This document shows, one piece after another, positions 60,695-64,000 of a DNA stretch of 64,000 nucleotides (position 1 is its first letter; every line of letters begins with the position of its first letter). The notes under the pieces are model-generated. The model was not told the DNA's origin. It worked only from the letters and a program-made list of their open reading frames with translations, and ran no database searches. Origin of the DNA: Anthoceros angustus (taxonomy: Eukaryota > Plantae > Anthocerotophyta); NCBI GenBank assembly GCA_010909165.1, contig MU008155.1, positions 558,001-622,000 on the forward strand, read 5' to 3'. The position numbers were made by a program, and so were the translations under genes.

Positions 60695-61940
60695 CGTCGC
60701 CACAGGTGATCTGCAACATGATGATTTATATCACCTTCGGGTTACCCAGCCTTCCTCCCTATCAGCAGCCCCGCACACACACAGAATCAGACCTACCTCT
60801 GGCACGCCCGGCTTGGGCATATGAACATGCAGAGGATGAAGGACATGGTCAAGACACAGGCCGCTCATGGCATCCCACTTACAAAAATTGAAGAATTCGG
60901 GATCTGCGAAGCTTGCTCACTCGGCAAGAGCCATCGATCCCCATTTCCAAAGGCATCTACAACACGATCAACAAAACGGCTTCAGTTAGTACATTCAAAC
61001 CTATGTGGTCCATTCAACAGATCCCCACTTGGCTACTCCTATTTTATGCTGCTTATCGACGACTTCAGTCGCTTCACGGTTATATACTTACTCAAAACCA
61101 AATCTCAAGCATTTACCTGCTTTAAGGAGTACAAGACCTGGGCCGAGAAGCAAACAGGTGACACCCTACTCTGCCTTCGCTCTGACGGAGATGGTGAATA
61201 TGGCTCCAATCTATTCACATAGTTCTGCAGAGAACACGGCATTAACAGACAGGTTACCACTCCTTACACCTCTCAGCAAAACGGAGTGTCAGAAAGGATG
61301 AATCGCACCATTCAGAATGTGGCCTCTCTATGCTCATTCACGCTCAGCTACCCAAGAGCTACTGGCCGGAGGCTATGCAACACGCCATATACATTACCAA
61401 CAGGACCCTTACCTCATCACTACCTCAAGGGACTCCATACGAAGCCTGGACAGGAACCAAGCCCGACCTCTCCTCATTACGAGTGTTCGGTACCCCTGTA
61501 TATGCACACATTCCCCATGCTGTCAGGAAGAAACTTGACAATAGAGCACAAAAATACCTGTTCATCGGGTTCACAGATGGAGTCAAAGGATACAAAATAA
61601 TCCACCCACAGACTCACAGGGTGACACACTCTCGTGATGTCACATTCTTGGAGGATATGACTGGCCCGCAAGTGGGAGCACAACTCCCTGCAGACAGCGA
61701 CGACGAGGAAAGCTCCGTCGACTTCAATGCACCTCCTGCACCAGGCCACCCTCCACCACCTCCAGCACAGCCTCCGCCTCCAGCTCCGCCTGTACCACCA
61801 GCCACACCTGCACCCAAGCAAGGACCTCCGCCTCAGCCTGCAGCCGAGACCCCATCAATCATCTTCGGTGACTTCGACGAAGAGGAACTCGGCTCCCCTG
61901 CATCAGCACCCTCGGGCTCCACCTCCGGCTCACGCCCTCG
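60220..61940 (+). pseudogene. Copia protease-integrase and Pro-rich linker
   Basis: MDSGASxHMT, WHARLGH, CEACSLGK, VHSNLCGP, LLIDDFSR, LRSDGDGEY, QNGVSERMNRT and SRDVTFLE. Stops and frameshifts present. Confidence 0.9.
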
Positions 61941-62565
61941 GCTTGCGAGGGGGATAGACATGCTCGAGGGCACATCTGCAGACCATGGCGACGGCAGCAG
62001 CGATGCTCTCCATCTCCTCACACTTGCAGACCAGCACAGAGACACACACAATGGACAGCAAATAGGCGTGCGCCCAGTACCAGCAGATTTACGGACATAT
62101 AGATGGAGGCACGCTCAATCAGCAGGAGCATTTCTTAACAAGACTCACCAACACGGAGGAACATCACCGGGTGTGGACCACATTGGGCTCAGCAGTGCTA
62201 GCGCGGGCAAGCGCGCCCCATCACAAAACACGCACGGCGAAGGCATGCCCATGGAAAGCCCTTCATCACGCTTAGGATTGGGACCATCCTCCTCCGGCGG
62301 CCCATCCTCGGGAGCGCGCCCTCACGGCCATCATGAACAGGCGGATACGAGTATTTTTTACCAACCTTTCAACACACATGCGCGGGGCGACTTTCGGCCA
62401 CACAACTTCAATCCCGGCTCTCAACCTCGACCCGGCACCCCAAAAGCAAGTAGGCAACTATATTTTAATATAAATAATGATCCTAACTCCATCATTCAAC
62501 CTACAAATACTCAAGTTGCTGAAGATTCTCTTCTCGAGGATATTATTATTGAGGACACCACACAA

Positions 62566-64000
62566 CTAGATGATCCCGTTGACACAAGAGGCAGGCGTCC
62601 TCAAAGACTCGATGCCCTGAGTGTGTCGCTCATGAAGTACCTTGCTCAGTCCCTTTGTGAGGAGGTCAGCTGTGTTGTCGTTGGTGTTCACGTAACTCAA
62701 AGCAATATGTTTGTTGGCCACCACTTGTCGAATGAAGTGGTGCTGGATCTCTACATGCTTAGTCCTTGCATGCAGAACTGGATTAAGTATCATCGCTATA
62801 GCTGACTGATTATCACACTGCAGATTTGTGGGTTCCAGCTGTTCTTCATACACATCCTTGAGGAATTGACGTATCCACAGAATCTTCTTACCAGCTAGTG
62901 AGGCAGCTGCGTATTCGGCTTCTGTGGATGATAGGCAAACTGTTTGCATCTTTTTACTTGCCCATGAGACACATGATCCGTTGATCATCATGCAGTATGC
63001 TGCAGTCGACTTCCTTGCATCTGGATCCCCTGCCCAGTCTGCATCTGAGAAGGCTGTTAGTGTGAATGGCGGAATGGGGTTTCCAGCGTACCTCAGTCCT
63101 AGGGTTTTAGTTCCCTTCATATATCTAAGAATTTGCTTCACACAGGTCCAATGTGCGATGCCTGGATTTGACAGATATCTCGATGCAATGTTGACAGCTT
63201 GGGCAATGTCAGGTCGTGTCCAAATGGAGAGGTATAGGAGGCTACCGACTGCTTCGCTGTAAGGTATGTTGGTCATTTCCTTTGCTTCCTCTGGTGTTGC
63301 TGGACAATCTTCAGCTGATACTTTTTCCCCTACAGCTATGGGTGTTGACACCGGCTTGGCTTCCCTCAGGTTGAAACGTTCAAGCAGCTGATCCACATAA
63401 TGTGACTAGTGGATGAAGAATGTGTGATCGGTGATACTTCTCTCAAACTGAACTCCAAGGGCGAATTTCAGTGGTCCCATATCCGAGACCTCATATTCCT
63501 TTGACAGCAAGTCCTTCACATGCTGGATGAGAGCTGGATCACTGCCAAAGATGAAGTTATCGTCGACGTAAAGTGTTACAATTACGAATTGCTTCCCTGT
63601 CCTCATTGAATACAGACTTGTATCAGCAGTGAGGGGTATAAAACCACTCTTCTTCAAGTATAGGTCTACTGTCTCATTCCATACTTGAGCAGATTGTTTA
63701 AGCCCGTAAAGAGATTTGAGTAGCTTGCAAACCTTGTTCGGATTTTTCACAAACCCTGGAGGTTGGAGCATGTATATCTCTTCTTGCAAGGTGCCGTAGA
63801 GGAATGTCGTTTTAACATTAACTTGATGTATCTCCAGGTGATGATGGGCTGCAAAAGCTAGCAAAATGCGTATGGAAGTGGACTTTATCACAGGGCTGTA
63901 CAGTCTATCCTCTTCGTAGTCAAACCCTGGGGTTTGTGTGAAGCCTCTGGCTACGAGTCTTCCTTTGTATCTTGATACGGTGCCATCGGGGTTCAGCTTT
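62566..64000 (-). pseudogene. Copia reverse transcriptase-RNase H
   Basis: YKGRLVARGF, IHQVNVKTTFLYG, LYGLKQS, LYVDD, FSDADWAGD, LSSTEAEY, CDNQSA and TKHVEIQHHFIR. Stop at ~63406. Confidence 0.93.

Larger units (their letters stand above)
56880..64000. mobile_element. Rearranged Ty1/Copia retrotransposon (5' LTR start approximate; runs off the window)
   Basis: LTR end TAACA at 57283 plus PBS. Gag on minus, PR/INT on plus, RT/RH on minus. Confidence 0.85.

Noticed and set aside
61330-62805. 491-aa ORF as a real gene
   Set aside because: It is a chimera of the integrase C-terminus, a linker and antisense RNase H sequence.

Overview
Plant nuclear DNA, rich in repeats. A non-seed plant such as a hornwort is inferred from the DYW:WW-type PPR gene, the COI1-like gene with a bulky ligand-pocket residue, and the short introns. 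Many single-base homopolymer deletions suggest long-read consensus error, mostly at 21-43 kb and in duplicated copies, so frameshifts do not prove pseudogenisation. Host genes are a tandemly duplicated three-exon COI1-like F-box/LRR receptor (5.9-9.8 kb), a cluster of one intact and three decayed F-box genes (10.5-18.7 kb), an F-box gene split by an insertion (20.0-26.6 kb), and a PLS-class PPR gene with a damaged DYW:WW domain (50.7-53.5 kb). Mobile DNA includes a non-chromoviral Ty3/Gypsy family with ~5-kb LTRs that carry an ORF (a solo LTR with a perfect AGGGG TSD, plus a 5' LTR-PBS-gag-pol copy). There is also a non-autonomous CACTA-like element with CCCTA ends, a CRE-like LINE fragment, further Gypsy/Copia fragments, and a Copia element scrambled by inversions. 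The most notable hidden feature is a frameshifted gene at ~40.1-42.9 kb, seen only as short fragments in the ORF track. It encodes a ParB-like domain fused to a prokaryote-type beta-class N4-cytosine/N6-adenine DNA methyltransferase, and is preceded by a GCGC-dense palindromic island and an unknown partner ORF.
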